A stretch of DNA of 63,468 nt, filler included, from Chiloscyllium plagiosum (lineage: Eukaryota): assembly GCF_004010195.1 (NCBI RefSeq). It is 4 parts of one record of this genome, joined end to end, with 100 filler letters (N's around TTAATTAATTAA, not from the genome) between each part and the next. Parts side by side here need not be neighbours in the genome. Positions count along the whole stretch, not along the records: positions 1 to 19,988 come from NC_057710.1; positions 20,089 to 49,329 come from NC_057710.1; 2 more parts are not named here. The stretch is one strand, 5' to 3'. Position 1 is the stretch's first letter. Each line of letters begins with the position of its first letter. Of the stretch, positions 13,141 through 26,381 are shown piece by piece. The position numbers and the translations under genes are program-made. The notes below the pieces were generated by a model. That model did not search any database and had not been told where the DNA came from. It saw only the letters and a program-made list of their open reading frames with translations.

Positions 13141-13780
13141 TGTGACAATGCTGCCCTTTTAACAAGGTTATTTTGCCCTTACATTTTTTTTGAGAGGGGT
13201 CATAAAGGCAGAGGTGCCAATATGTCTGAACTGGCTACTTTAATACTGACTAATAGATACTGCCTAAGGCAATAATTAGAGAAAAGGGCTTTTAGGTTTG
13301 GTTGTTTTGTACAATGAAAGGGGAGTGGCCAGTTCTCCCAGTTCAGGGATTTTTCTGTTTTGGTTTGCTTTAGCAAGCTGTCTTTTTGAAGTTGCTGATC
13401 AAAGAAAGTTGCTGGGGAGGAAGGTTCCCTGATTCAATAGAGGTTTTCTAGCCAACTCTCTCTTTCTCTCTCTGACATCTCTCCTATAAGAACCCGTGTA
13501 AGAATTTACCCTCTTTTGCCAAGGTGTGTGTTCATAGGGATGTTGCAGGAAATTGGAACTGTTGTTTGTTAAGTTGCATTTTTGAGTCAGGTGAATTTTC
13601 AAATAGTTATGTTATTCTAAATTTTGTTTTCTTTTGTTCATGTGCCAATAAATTCTGTTTTGCTTCAAGCTGCATCACTTCTGGAACATCCACCTCACAT
13701 CTGCCTAAAACCACAACAAAAGTTAGGATCTGGGCAATCTTCTTCAAATGTTTTCAGGGGGTCTGGCCTGGTCCATAACA
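13141..13780 (+). mobile_element. Solo LTR of a Gypsy (Gmr1-like) retrotransposon
   Basis: TGT...ACA ends, 4 bp TSD agag, AATAAA; homologous to the LTR at 56644-57287. Confidence 0.8.
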
Positions 13781-15153
13781 AGAGGAACTACCCAATGTGA
13801 CCTCAGAACATCTAGGGATTTGTCAACATTGTCCATATTCTGAACATTTTTTAGAAGTTCTTCTCAAAAAAATTGATTCAAACACTCTGAAGCTCTGAAA
13901 ATGAACAAAGAGAATATGGCAGTTGGATGGTTTACCTAATTCTGTAGGGGCTAATGGGCCAGCATACAAATTACCTCAAGAGTTTAGTACATTGCTCTGT
14001 GTGATTGGACGTTCTGCAGGTTATGTATTGCTGACACAGGATCAGTCAACACCATACAACTTGTTTTCAAAGATTACACAGTGCCATAGTTGACAGAACA
14101 TATTCTAAAGATTCATCAATATTGTCAGCACAACAGTGATCAATGACTACATCTTAGCTCGATGCATCTAAAATATAACAATATATCATTGGGCCAGAAT
14201 CCTTGAATTCCCTTTGTAACATCATTGTGTGTCAATCTACAGAGTTCAAGAAGATAGTTCATAACCACCTTCTCAAATGCAACTAGGAAAAGACAAAAAT
14301 TGTTGGCCCAGCCAGTGATACCCACACTCCATTAGTGAATTAAAATAAGTAACATTTTGAAGAAATAGAACCAGGAATTTCTATTAAGCAATGCAAGTCT
14401 AACGTTATTGTGGTTACAAAATACCACCAGTCCATTTATATAGACACACATATAATAGATTCTGGCTGTAAGCCCGACAAGGTTCAAAGATATTTCTCAT
14501 ACATATGGTCAACCATGACAAGCCTTAGATGTTACACATAGTTACAAACCTCAAGACCTATTAAAGCTGACCAATGCTTTTGAAAAGACTCATGACTCAA
14601 AACGTCTGTGATGTATGAAAATAAGGTGGAAAGATGCTGACGTGTATGAAGTCAGCTGCTTTTAAAGCAATGGAAATTAATTTGTGTCCATCATTGTTCA
14701 GGACGGGTACTCACATAAGAATTGATGCGGTCAACTTATTTAGGTAGTAATGGCCGCAAACCTCGTCTAAAAAGGATGAAAGCAATTTGAGTGCAGTCTT
14801 GAAGAAGTAAGCACAGTTCACACACATCAGGAACAGGCTCCTTCACTGCACACTCATCAACTTTCCATTGTACTTCTCTAAAACATTTACACCCGGACCA
14901 TAGAGCCAGACAAATCAGCAGGCCATAGGACCAAATCAGAAGAGACCAGATCTGACTTAGAATATATTGTAGAAAGTTGAACCTCTCTAGACAGCAATAT
15001 ATTCTGAAACCACAGATTTCCAGCTGTCCATAGAAAATAAATACCCCATGTCCCCTTCCTACTGTATTATGTCAAAGCAAGATCAAAGAACAATATTGCA
15101 GATTCTCCCAATGAAAAGACTTGATTCTGTTGCAAGTTTTCTTATTGACTCAC

Positions 15154-15279
15154 TTGTGATTTTGTATCCACATCTCCAATACAGGTCCCACTCTTTGTAT
15201 CCCATAGACGCAAATGTCCATCTTTCATTCCTCCACCCACAGCAAGTATCCCTGATTGCCAAGGGCACCAGTTCATGGC
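15154..15279 (-). CDS. CDC20B: CDC20B exon ([42 protein letters not shown])
   Basis: ttcaatag acceptor, GTGAGT donor, 126 nt phase 0 to 0; GGGMKDG is the CDC20B-type version of CDC20 GGGTSD. Confidence 0.93.
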
Positions 15280-16591
15280 CTATTGAAAACAAAACTATTA
15301 TTAAATAATAGATTTTTATTTTTGTCTAACCACACCACTATCCTTTTCTGCAATTGCAAATACAAATATATCAATATTTATACTTTTCGAACTATACAGT
15401 GCACTTTTTTGTCAATAATCCATTTTAATGATAACTTCACAATGGATTGACCTGGCATCCAGTAGATAAAGTATGTTTCTGGAATGTTTTTTTCTGCCTG
15501 TATGGGTGGAAAAGGCAATTATATTTTTAGTTGTGTGGTATTTATAAAGATTGAGTGATTTTTTTTAGTTTAATTCCCACCCAACAATTTATCCCAGCAA
15601 TACTACCATTCACCAATATTAGAACTGCTGAATCTCTGTGGGGAAATTTTCATAATAATGAACTACTGAGAAGGAATGAGTTTTATCTCTTTGATGACTC
15701 ATGTGATTATGGCACAACACAGTATCATAAATGGAACCATAGGAATGTACAGCTCATAAAATAAAAAGAATAGATCATTAGGCTGCTTTGACAATCCATC
15801 TGTCTTATACCAGCAAGGTCAGATCATAGTTAACCACATTCTCAGGAGCATTATACAAACATTTCTCGTGTTCTCTTGAGACTGGACAGAGTGGCTATTG
15901 TTGCATGAGCTCAGAGATCTACCACTACAGCTACACAACTTTCTGACACGCAGTAGTCATTGCAAACATACTATATAACGAGGACCCATGATATCCTACA
16001 TATTTACTTACATAACAAGAATACCTCCCATTTCCACGCATCTCTGTCTAACTTCAAAATATTAATAATATTTGGGCGGCACGGTGGCACAGTGGTTAGC
16101 ACTGCTGCCTCACAGTACCAGAAACCCGGGTTCAATTCCCACCTCAGGCGACTCTGTGTGGAGTTTGCACATTCTCCCTGTGTCTGTGTGGGTTTCCTCC
16201 AGGTGCTCCAGTTTCCTCCCACAATCCAAAAATGTGCAGGTTAGGTGAATTGGCCTGGCTAAATTGTCCGTAGTATTAGGTGTAGGGGAGTGGGTCGGTT
16301 GGGCCGAAGGGCCTGTTTACACACTGCAAGTAATCTAAAAAACATTTGTCTGAGATTCCACTAGCTCAAACTATTACAATAACCAAGTTCCACTTATTTG
16401 TTTCACTTCTTATCCACTTGCACCTGAAGACCAAACTTCATCACAGGAAAAACTCAATCGAGAGCTTCATTATGTTATGGCTAAACTTCACACATTCTTG
16501 GTTTTCTGTACGTCACTGGCATTTGAGCTCTGATTACTCAATTCAAATTCATACTTAAATAATAGTCCAGAGAATGGTTCTGGAAAAGCAT

Positions 16592-16716
16592 CTTGATGAA
16601 GGGCTTCTGCCCAAACATCGATTCTCCTGTTCTTCAGATGCTGCCTGACCTGATGTGTTTTTCCAGCACCACGCTCTTGACTCTGAACTCCAGCCTCTGC
16701 AGTCCTCACTTTCTCC
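16592..16716 (+). mobile_element. PLE terminal fragment, family A (degenerate hammerhead)
   Basis: tgatgaagggcttctgcccaaacatcg...ctcactttctcc. Confidence 0.7.
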
Positions 16717-16891
16717 TTGAACAATAGTCCAACAGTCACAGCAAGCAGACACTGGAGAGCAGCTAATCTCACTTGACAGAAGACTTGGTTTGGGGAAGGA
16801 GGGAATTGGCTCACTCCTCCCAGACCCCATTACACTTCCAGTAGAAAAGTTAGTAGCCAGCTAAACGAGCAGTTAGAAGCTGGCGAGCAAC

Positions 16892-17384
16892 CAGCAAATA
16901 TTGTGAGTGATCTAAACAAATTCCTAGTGGGACGTCAGCCCCTTTTTGGGCCAACCTGATTTGTCAGGCAGTTCTTACAATACATGCAGCACCAGAACTC
17001 TTCTGTTGACACTGCTGGGACTGCAGGCAGATCCACATCGGAGGCCCCATTGATCTCAGATCAGGGCAAGTTAAATGGACTGCCGATTTTAGTGCCCACT
17101 CACTTTTGTATTGTGACAGTGAGTTTGTGGGCAGATGAAATGTGATAGGCCAGTTAGCTGATCTACATTAGATATGCTCTCCACTTCCCAGCACATACAA
17201 AACATACCCAGCTGGGCACTCAATACTCAGCCCACTATTTAAGCTGAAACTTTATTGCTGGAACAGCACAGCAAATATTGTGAGTGATCTAAACAAATTC
17301 CTAGTGGGACGTCAGCCCCTTTTTGGGCCAACCTGATTTGTCAGGCAGTTCTTACAATACATGCAGCACCAGAACTCTTCTGTT
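16892..17384 (+). repeat. 116 bp direct duplication (16892-17007 / 17269-17384)
   Basis: Sequences read as identical by eye; the second copy lies inside a PLE insertion. Confidence 0.9.
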
Positions 17385-17521
17385 TCGGGCACAGGCCTGA
17401 AGAAGGGCCTGTGCCCGAAACGTCGAATCTCCTGTTCCCTGGATGCTGCCTGACCTGCTGTGCTGTTCCAGCAATAAAGTTTCAACTTTGATCTCCAGCA
17501 TCTGCAGACCTCACTTTCTCC
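17244..17521. mobile_element. Fold-back PLE family A insertion with hammerhead core (17397-17424) and captured flanking DNA
   Basis: TSD ccactatttaagc; CTGAAGA-agggc-ctgt-gccc-GAAA-cGTC. Confidence 0.8.
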
Positions 17522-19789
17522 ACTATTTAAGCAACTGATTAAACAAAGCATATTAGGCTACATCAAAGGTACAAAATAAACATTGTTAAACAGCATCCAG
17601 CATTGAAGTAAATTTGAAAATCAAACTGCAATAAAAGATACAAATAAAAATGGAATTATTTGTTTTTGAATCACTCCCACTGAAGGTAGACACCACATTA
17701 TATGGCCTTGTCACACTGTACTCATTCTAAATGCTAAAATATTTCCAGTTTGAATCCAGATCTACACGGAGTTAAATTGGGACAACTGTGGGAACATTAC
17801 TGACCTTGGTGCTCCTGTTCTTTGAAAGGGGGATTAATACTAGTCAGGATTTAATATTTCACTCAAGATGCTGGAAATTAAACAAAAAGCAGAACACGTC
17901 GGACATACTCAACAAGTCAAATAGCATCAGTGGACAGTGAAACACAGAATTAATGGGGCAGAATTTTAACTTCAAGACTGGCAACTTGAGTTGGGTAAAG
18001 TCCCTGTTTCATGCTCCAACCTCAGAAAATATCAGCTCTGAAGGCTGGATCTTCATTCCTGGGGTGTGATGGATACCAGGTGAAACCAGACCATTCAAAC
18101 CCAGGAAAGGTTTGGATATAAATTCAGTGTCAAATACTTTGTCTAGCTGAAAGGAATGAACAGGAAGACCGTATTGCCTCACTTCACCTATGCTTCATCC
18201 TCCACAGACTCCGTACATCCATTCCATTCATATTACACACTAGATAATAGTGAACTCTGAACTGACAGTTGTATGCATTAAACATATATATTTTTTAAAA
18301 CACAATTTTCCATCATATTAAGACCACTGTGCTTGCAAAACATCGATTCAATGTACCCAAATAAAATATTAATAACTCTTTAAAACTTCAGTGCTGAAAC
18401 TGCAAGGTACTTGAAACCATTAAGTTGCAGTAGACAAACATTGTGAAATTGACATATCAGGCGGTCTGAGTTGTCAGTCATACAAAAGTTCAGTTGGGGG
18501 GGGAAGGTGTTCCAGCTTTCTCATTGTGCTCTGAGCTCTCAGCCAAAAGTATATTATAAGGTTTGGTTTAGAAGTCAAGGTTTGAAATTTAAAATCGCGT
18601 CAGTAACATGGCGGTAGGAGGTTGGGTCTCATACCTCACCCATGCCACGAATCAACTTGCATGCCAAGAATATTCATCTTCAGGAACTTTGTGGCATCTG
18701 GTTCACTGTCATTTAAAGTTGTTGTGGGTCAGCCAGCTTTATGTAACTGTGAGCAGAGCAGTTGCCCCAGGACAATGGATGTTAATTAAGATCAAGGGAT
18801 TAGGTTAATGACAGGCTGAAGGACTGCAGAAACAGATCGATACAGAGTGAATAAAGCTACATGTGGAACATATGGCTTTGATGTGGAACCTCCTTGCACA
18901 CCCAAAGATGTTTTGGTTCTGAGTAATCATTCTGTTATTTGAAACGTTTTGGGTTTTGTGCAGATTAATAGTATCATAGAATCCCTACAGTTGCCATTCA
19001 GCCCATCAAATGCACACCTACCCTCCGGTCAGCATCCCACCAAGACCCACCATCTCTACCCCTGTAACTCCACATTTACAATGGCTAACCCACCTAACCA
19101 TGCACAGCCTTGGACACAATGGGAATCTAGCATGGCTAATCCACTTAACCTGCAACTGGAGCAAATCCACAGAAACACGGGGAGAACATGTCAACTCCAC
19201 ACAATCATTCAAGGCTGGAATTGAACCCGAGTCCCTGGCACAATCAGGCAGCAGTGCTAACCACTGAACCATTGTGCTATCCAGATGTTGCTTCATGTTA
19301 CCAGTGTTACATTTATTCCCTCGATTATCCTGCACTAAACATTATACTAACTACAGATTTAAATTCCACACTATTTGAAAGTGTGCTATATTTTTAAAAA
19401 ATGAAATGATCAATAAAAAGAACAGTTGATATGTTTTGGTATTTAATTTACTGGCCTGTAAAATCGATTGAGATCTGTCCCAGCTTCCTGGAAACCAATG
19501 GAACGCTTAAATATAAAAAAAACTTTCAGCTATTTGTATCATTTCTCTGAGGCTTCCACCAGTCTCCTGCTGATGTTATGGGAGGAGAACGTCTGTGGTT
19601 TTCTATGCCACCCTGTTTAAAACAGCAGGAAAGGCCAAACACACTATGGTTTACCAGAAAACGTTCAACTGAAAATTTAGCTTGAACAATCAAAACATGC
19701 CTATTTCTCATAGATAGGTTCGGTTATTTCACAGTGTCTTAGAATTCAAGGATATTAGAGCCACAGAAACAGAATATTTGACACATGAA

Positions 19790-20410
19790 CTGAAAAATGT
19801 GTTGCTGGAAAAGCGCAGCAGGTCAGGCAGCATCCAAGGAGCAGGAGAATCAACGTTTCGTGCATAAGCCCTTCTTCAGGAATGAGGAGGGTATGCCATT
19901 CAGGCTAAGATAAAAGGTAGGGAGGAAGGACTTGGGGGAGGGGCGTTGGGAATGTGATAGGTGGAAGGAGGTTAAGGTGAGGGTGATANNNNNNNNNNNN
20001 NNNNNNNNNNNNNNNNNNNNNNNNNNNNNNNNTTAATTAATTAANNNNNNNNNNNNNNNNNNNNNNNNNNNNNNNNNNNNNNNNNNNNTTCTCAGTCCCA
20101 ACCCTCAGACTCAGCACCGCCCTCTTGACCTGCAATCTTCTTCCCGACCTCTCCTCCCCACCCCCCTCTCCAGCCTATCACCCTCACATTAACCTCCTCC
20201 CACCTATCGCATTCCCAACACCCCTCCCCCAAGTCCCTCCTCCCTACCTTTTATCTTAGCCTGAATGGCACAACCTCCTCATTCCTGAAGAAGGGCTTAT
20301 GCCTGAAACGTCGATTCTCCTGCTCCTTGGATGCTGCCTGACCTGCTGTGCTTTTCCAGCAACACATTTTTCAGCTCTGATCTCCAGCATCTGCAGTCCT
20401 CACTTTCTCC
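19790..20410. mobile_element. Fold-back PLE family A insertion spanning an assembly gap
   Basis: Inverted arms on both sides of the N-run; TSD tatttgacacatgaa (19775-19789 / 20411-20425); hammerhead motifs at about 19850-19880 (-) and 20285-20312 (+). Confidence 0.8.
19989..20088. other. Assembly gap with TTAATTAATTAA spacer (same at 49330-49429 and 55530-55629; plain N gap at 42757-43220)
   Basis: Identical 100 nt N-blocks with a central six-frame stop linker. Confidence 0.95.
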
Positions 20411-20574
20411 TATTTGACACATGAAGTCTGCTTCAGTTTCTGTGTGAGCTCCTCATAACTTTTAACATTCATTCTTCAAAGAAAATATTTAATTCACTAA
20501 TAAATAGTGCCAAACTTGAAAGTGCTACCAAGAAAATGCTTAATTAGGATTTTTCATAAATTTGAGTAAGTCAT

Positions 20575-21345
20575 AGAATGATAGAGTCATAGAGATGTAC
20601 AGCACAGAAACAGACCCTTCGGTCCAACTCGTCCATGCCCCACAGATATCTTAATCTAATCTAGTCCCGTTTGCCAGCACTTGGCCCATATCCCTCCAAA
20701 CCCTTCCTATTCATATACCCATCCAGATGCCTTTTAAATGCTGTAATTGTACCAGCCTCCACCACTTCTCCTGGCAGCTCATTCCATATACACACACCCT
20801 CTGTGTGAAACAGTTGCCCCTTAGGTCCCTCTCACACTGAACCTATGCCCTCTACTTCTGGACTCACCCACCCCAGGGAAAAGACCCGATCTATTTATCC
20901 TATCCATGACCCTCGTGATTTTATAAGCCTCTGTAACGTCACCCCTCAGCCTCCAACCAGGGAAAACAGCTCCACCTTATTCAACCTCTCCCTGTAGCTC
21001 AAATCCTTCAACTCTTGCAACATCCTTGTAAATCTTTTCTGAACTCTTTCAAGTTTCACAACATCCTTCCGATAGGAAGGAGACCAGAATTGTTCGCAAT
21101 AATCCAAAAGTGGTCTAAGTAATATCTTGTACAACCACAACATGACCTCCCAACACCTATACTCAATGCTCTGAAAATTAAAGGAAAGTATACCAAACGC
21201 CTTCTTCTCTATCCTATCTACCTTCGGCTCTACTTTCAAGGAACTGTGATCCTGCACTCCAAGTCCTCTTTGTTCAGCAAAACTCCCCAGGACCTTAGCA
21301 TTAAGTGTATAAGTCCTACTCGGATTTGCTTTTCCAAAATGCAAT
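20575..21345 (-). mobile_element. CR1/HER1 LINE 3' fragment
   Basis: ORF 20946..21425 QFWSPSYRKDVVKLERVQKRFTRM; tail. Confidence 0.85.
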
Positions 21346-21573
21346 CCTATAGTATTCAAGATAAAGAATATGATGGAAGAATGTTCCCTATTTGGGCATC
21401 TAGTTTTAGTGTCGAGCATTATCAATGATAAGCTGTATAGATTATTTACAGAGTAAAGTTCTCTTTAATCTTCACCAACAACCTGCCTCTTGCCAAACCA
21501 AGGTTTTGAACTGATGGGTAGCAGAACACAGAAAACATGCATTACAACATTATTACCAATTAAGCGCATTCAC

Positions 21574-21805
21574 CTTTACAGCTGACTGATGATTACTAAT
21601 GGTCATATCTGGTTTACTGTTAATGTTGGCTCCTGGATCATTAAGCCAAATATTCAGTAGACCATCATTGCCACCACTCGCGAGTACTGCACCATTTGGT
21701 GACCATTTAAGGCTGCACACTTGAGAGGTGTGACCACAGAGAGTGCCAACATGGTGATGTGCAATTCTTACATCATGGTGGTGAATAGATCCAAATCGGG
21801 AGCCA
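21574..21805 (-). CDS. CDC20B: CDC20B exon ([77 protein letters not shown])
   Basis: ctttctgtag acceptor, GTGAAT donor, 232 nt phase 2 to 0; HHHDVR, LKWSP and SGGND WD40 motifs. Confidence 0.93.
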
Positions 21806-21974
21806 CTACAGAAAGGAAGTAGATGAAAATATACATAAGTTAGTAAATGGCAATCACCATTGTTGAGTGGAGACAGGTGTGGTGCATATACATGTTCTTC
21901 CTTTCTACAAAAAGGAAGGCCCTATGCGTTAATATATTTAGCTTCCAGCAATACACAAGTGTGCCACACTATAG

Positions 21975-23365
21975 ACATAAAGACAGGTGGAGGGACACGT
22001 ATTGTTGAGGAGGTGAGGAGGCTGCAGAAGTACTTAGACAGGCTTGAAGAATGGGCAAAGAAGTGGCAGATGAAATACTATGTAGGGAACTGTGAACAAT
22101 TGTAATTCAGTTCCTATTGGGCATACTGAAGGTAGTAGGATACAGTAGGTGGTGCTACACTGTTTATAATTTAGCAACAATTGCTTATATCATCCAGACA
22201 GGTGGCATAGTGGCTCAGTGATTAGCATTGCTGCCTCACAGCACTGGAGACCTGGATTCCTGATGAAGGGCTTTTGCCCGAAACATCGATTTTCCTGCTC
22301 CTCGGATGCTGCCTGACCTGCTGTGCTTTTTCAGCACCACTCTAATCTAGACCCTGGTTTCCAGCATCTGCAGTCATTGTTTTTACCTGGTAAATGTAGA
22401 GTACTAGAGGAATGAGTCTGGGTGGGTTACTCTTCAAAGGGTCGGTGTGGACTTGTTGGGCCGAAGGGCCTGTTTCCACATTATAGGGATTCTCTGAAGA
22501 AAGCTTCTGAAAAATGTTACTATTCCTAGGGTGGCTAGAGTCAGGTTGTTGGGGAAGGCTAAAGGGAACTTTACCCTGTAAATAATTTATACACTTTGGT
22601 AGGAAAAACAGAGACATAGACAATTTTCTAAACGAGAAAAGGCTTCAGAAACCTGACGCACACAGGGACTTCAGAGTTATAGTTCAGAATTCTCTGAAGG
22701 TTAACATGTAGGTTCAGTTGGCAGTAAGGAAAGCAAAAGCAATATTAGCATTCATGTCAAAAGGGCTTAGAGTGCAAAAGCAGGGATGTACTGCTGAGGC
22801 TGTATAATACTCTGGTCAGACCACATTTGGAATATTGTGAGCAGTTTTGAACTCCGTATCTAAGAAAGGATGTGATGGTCTTGGAGGGGGTCCAGAGGAC
22901 TTTTATAAGAACGTTTCTGAGGATGAAGAGCCTGTCATATCAGGAGTAGTTGAGGACTCTGGGTCTATACTCAATGGTGTTTAGCAGGATGAGGGGGGGA
23001 TCTCATTGAAACTTACAGAATACTGAGAGGCCTGGATAGAGTGAACATGGAGAAGAGGTTTCCACTATTAGGAGAGACTAGGACCTGAGGGCACAGCCTC
23101 AGAGTGAAGGAGCCCGAAGCTGATGAGGAATTTCTTCAGTCAGAAAGTGGTTAATCCGTGGAACTCTGCTGCAGAGCAATGTGAAGGCCAAGTCATTGAG
23201 TGTATTTAAGACAGAGATAGAGGGTTCTTGATTTGTAAAGGGATCAAATCTAATGGGAAGAAGGCAAGAGAATGGAGTTGAGATACATATCAGCCACGAT
23301 CAAATAGCAGAACAGATTTGATGGGCCAAATGGCCTAATTCTGCTCCTATATCTAATGGTCTTAA
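21975..23365 (+). mobile_element. Degenerate CR1 fragment containing an HE1 SINE that is itself split by a PLE end (22255-22387; hammerhead motif 22260-22287)
   Basis: LDRLEEWAKKWQM; SINE head at 22200 and tail at 22400-22495 separated by ctgatgaagggcttttgcccgaaac. Confidence 0.7.
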
Positions 23366-24331
23366 GGATAAATCTTCACTGCAGCCACAGGCCAAACTTA
23401 CAGGAATCTATTTAGCCTTTCACAGCAAGGTGCCTGTGTGTAACTACTTGAGTCTCTCAAACAAACACAGCAGGAAAAGCTTTGTGTCTCACAAAGGGTA
23501 TAAAGATGTCCACCAGGGTTTCAAATCAAGTGATCTTCAGTGGTAAGATAAATATTTGGGAGAGGGTACTAGAAAGATCAGAAGGGAAGGGAAGCCGTGG
23601 TTTCTGGACAACCAAGGTTTTGTTGAGAGACCCAGAGGACTTTGTCATACAAGCGTGGGGTTAGTATTGCAGGCAGGTCCCAATGGGGTCATTAGAACCT
23701 GATCAGTACACTTAATTGGCCCACTACCTTCCTCCTTGCTCACCTATAAAAGGTTAATACCAGGGCCTATATGAGGCAGTGGGACAGAGCAAGTTAGTTA
23801 TACGGGGAATTTTAATTATCTGCCAGACTGTCTGGTGTCACTTAATTATGACTGATGTTATCATAAATATAGAGCACACTGGGTTTGAAATTCATGGTAA
23901 TTTTTCCCTTTCTGTGAAAATACTGACATTAATCAACAAAGGTGTACAAATTAAGATATTCACAGAAAGACTGAGAAATGTTAATTACAACTTCCAAATT
24001 GATTCAAAACCACAAATAAATATTAAAATCATAAAGCAATGTTTTTCAAATTGGCAATGCAGTTAGACCAATAAGGTATTTTGTTTGATCTTATTTTAAG
24101 TTCACATATTTTTTTTTCTCTGTTGAAGGGATTGTAAAATAAGAGTTTTGTCAGTAACTATCTAAACAAAACTGGGTTTAATCGAAGGAGTAAAAATCCA
24201 GCAAATTGTAATAATCAATTATCTGGCTTGTTAAAGATAATTTTGTGAAACACTTAAGTGTAAGATAAATGTTTGAAACGTATGAGTACATACATGGAGA
24301 TTGTGTGGTGGTTGGAGTAGTAAAGACACAC

Positions 24332-24426
24332 CTGCTAAGAATGTAGCTATTCCAGCTCAGAGCACCAACCATTGAACTGTGGCTACGCATGTTGCGTAAT
24401 TTCTTCTTTGTCTCAATGTCCCACAA
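24332..24426 (-). CDS. CDC20B: CDC20B exon ([32 protein letters not shown])
   Basis: ttccag acceptor, GTGTGT donor, 95 nt phase 0 to 2; overlaps ORF 24178..24426. Confidence 0.93.
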
Positions 24427-26193
24427 CTGGAATTTTAAAAATAATTTTTATGAAAAATATTTGTGACAAAATATTCCCATTTTACCATAATCTACTGTTA
24501 TAGATGAAAACTAAACAGTGAGAACTGTCATTTGTTACCTCTCCTTTTATCCTCTTTTGCTGAAGATAGTGTCCTGTAATTTGCAGAATGCTTCTCCATA
24601 TGCCAATAGCATTCTTATAACACTTAAAGGTGAAAAACATTACATATATAAATAATTTATTAGCTGGTTTAAGAACAAATTTTGCAGGCCTCCATCCATA
24701 ATCCATCTATTTGAAATATGAACAGAGATCCATGAGTTGTATTTTAAAAATTCTTAACACAAGGTTTAATTTAATCCATGAGGTCCACATGGCATCTCTT
24801 GTCTGAACATTTGAAAACAGTACATGGTCATTCGGCACTTCGAACCTGCCCTGCCAATCAATACAATCACGGCTGATCTGTTTTTCACCTTGGCACGATG
24901 ACATGTGGTTAGCACTACCGCCTCACAGGGACCCAAGTTGGAATCCAGTCTCAGGCGACTGTCTGTGTGGCATTTGCACATTCTCCCTAGGTCTGTGTGG
25001 GTTTCTTCTGGGTGCTCGGATTTCTTTCCATGGTCCAAAGATGTGCAGGTTAGGTGAATTAGCCATAGTGTTCAGGAGTGTGTAGGTTAGGTGCATTAGG
25101 TAAGGGATTGGGTTTGGGAGGGATACTCTTCGCAGAGTTGGTGCAGACTTGTTGGGCCAAATAGCCTGTTTCCACACTGTAGGGATTCTATGGTCCCACA
25201 TACCCATGAAAATCTTTCATTAGTTTGGTTATCAAGAATCTATCTATCTCTGCCTTAAAAATATGTATTTGCAAATCGGGAGATAGCACACATAGATTTT
25301 AATGTTAATTTTAAAGGTCTGGTGTCAGCTATGTCAAGCCTGTTCAATCACATGCCAAGAATTTGTGAAAAGTGACAAAGGCTGCTGTCAAGTGATTGCA
25401 GTACAGATTCTATTAGCTAGCTGGAAATATAAAAACAGACAGGAAGAATTTCTATAAATACTTGATAAAGTGAAGAGCTAACAAAATGGTCTGATAGAAA
25501 ATGATTCTGGAGAAATAGTAAATGAAAAATAAGAAGCTGGTAGATATACTGAGCAGGTATCTTGTATCAGTCTTCGCTATAGATGATACAAGTAACATCT
25601 GAGTAATAGCTTTTAATCAGGAGGGGAAAGGTTCAAGAATATTACAATTACTAGGGATACAGAGAAAACTGCTGAAGCTGTGGGCTGATAAGGTTCAGAA
25701 TCCTGATGGACATGACCCTAAGGTCTTAACAGAAATGACAAATGAATAGTTAGTGCATTGTTTTCAATTTTCCAGATTGGGAGTAAGTTCCTTAGATTGA
25801 ACCATTGCAAATGTAATTCCTTTACTCAAAAAGGGAAGGAGTCAAAAAGTAGGGAACCACGGGGCAGTAATTGTCAGCCTATAATTTTTTTCCAATGGCA
25901 GGCAATAAGAGTAGGAGGTTCCTGGTTAGCCATCCTGCAGAACACAATTGCAAACCACTTTGCAATGGAACAATCCAATGAAAGTCCATTACCCAACCCT
26001 CCAAAATTAGGGTGGAAGGAAAGACAGACAGACAGACCTACAATGTTGTTAGTATCTACAGCTTATTACTACAAGACAGAATTCATTACTTGAGTTCGAA
26101 GTGCAATAAAATTTTGATTAAAACAGAAGTGCTTGCTATAATCTACTTGGTTAATAAAGTCAAGCTGAAAAGACAATAGTTAATACTTCTCAC

Positions 26194-26381
26194 CTGCACA
26201 TTAGCACCACTGGTTCCAATTGCAAGATTGTTTCTATCTTCAATCCATGCGACTGATGAGATGTATCCTGACTCCACATTTATAGCCTCATGCACTCCCA
26301 ACTCTGGGTGCCAAAGGTATGCTGTATCAGATAGAGCAATGGCTACCAGATTTGCAGCATTCCAATCAACCAAATTAAGAT
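26194..26381 (-). CDS. CDC20B: CDC20B exon (Y-LNLVDWNAANLVAIALSDTAYLWHPELGVHEAINVESGYISSVAWIEDRNNLAIGTSGANVQ)
   Basis: ttttctag acceptor, GTGAGA donor, 188 nt phase 1 to 0; first WD40 blades of the CDC20 family. Confidence 0.93.

Noticed and set aside
20033..20044. TTAATTAATTAA palindrome within N-runs (three times)
   Set aside because: Artificial six-frame stop linker used in scaffolding, not biological
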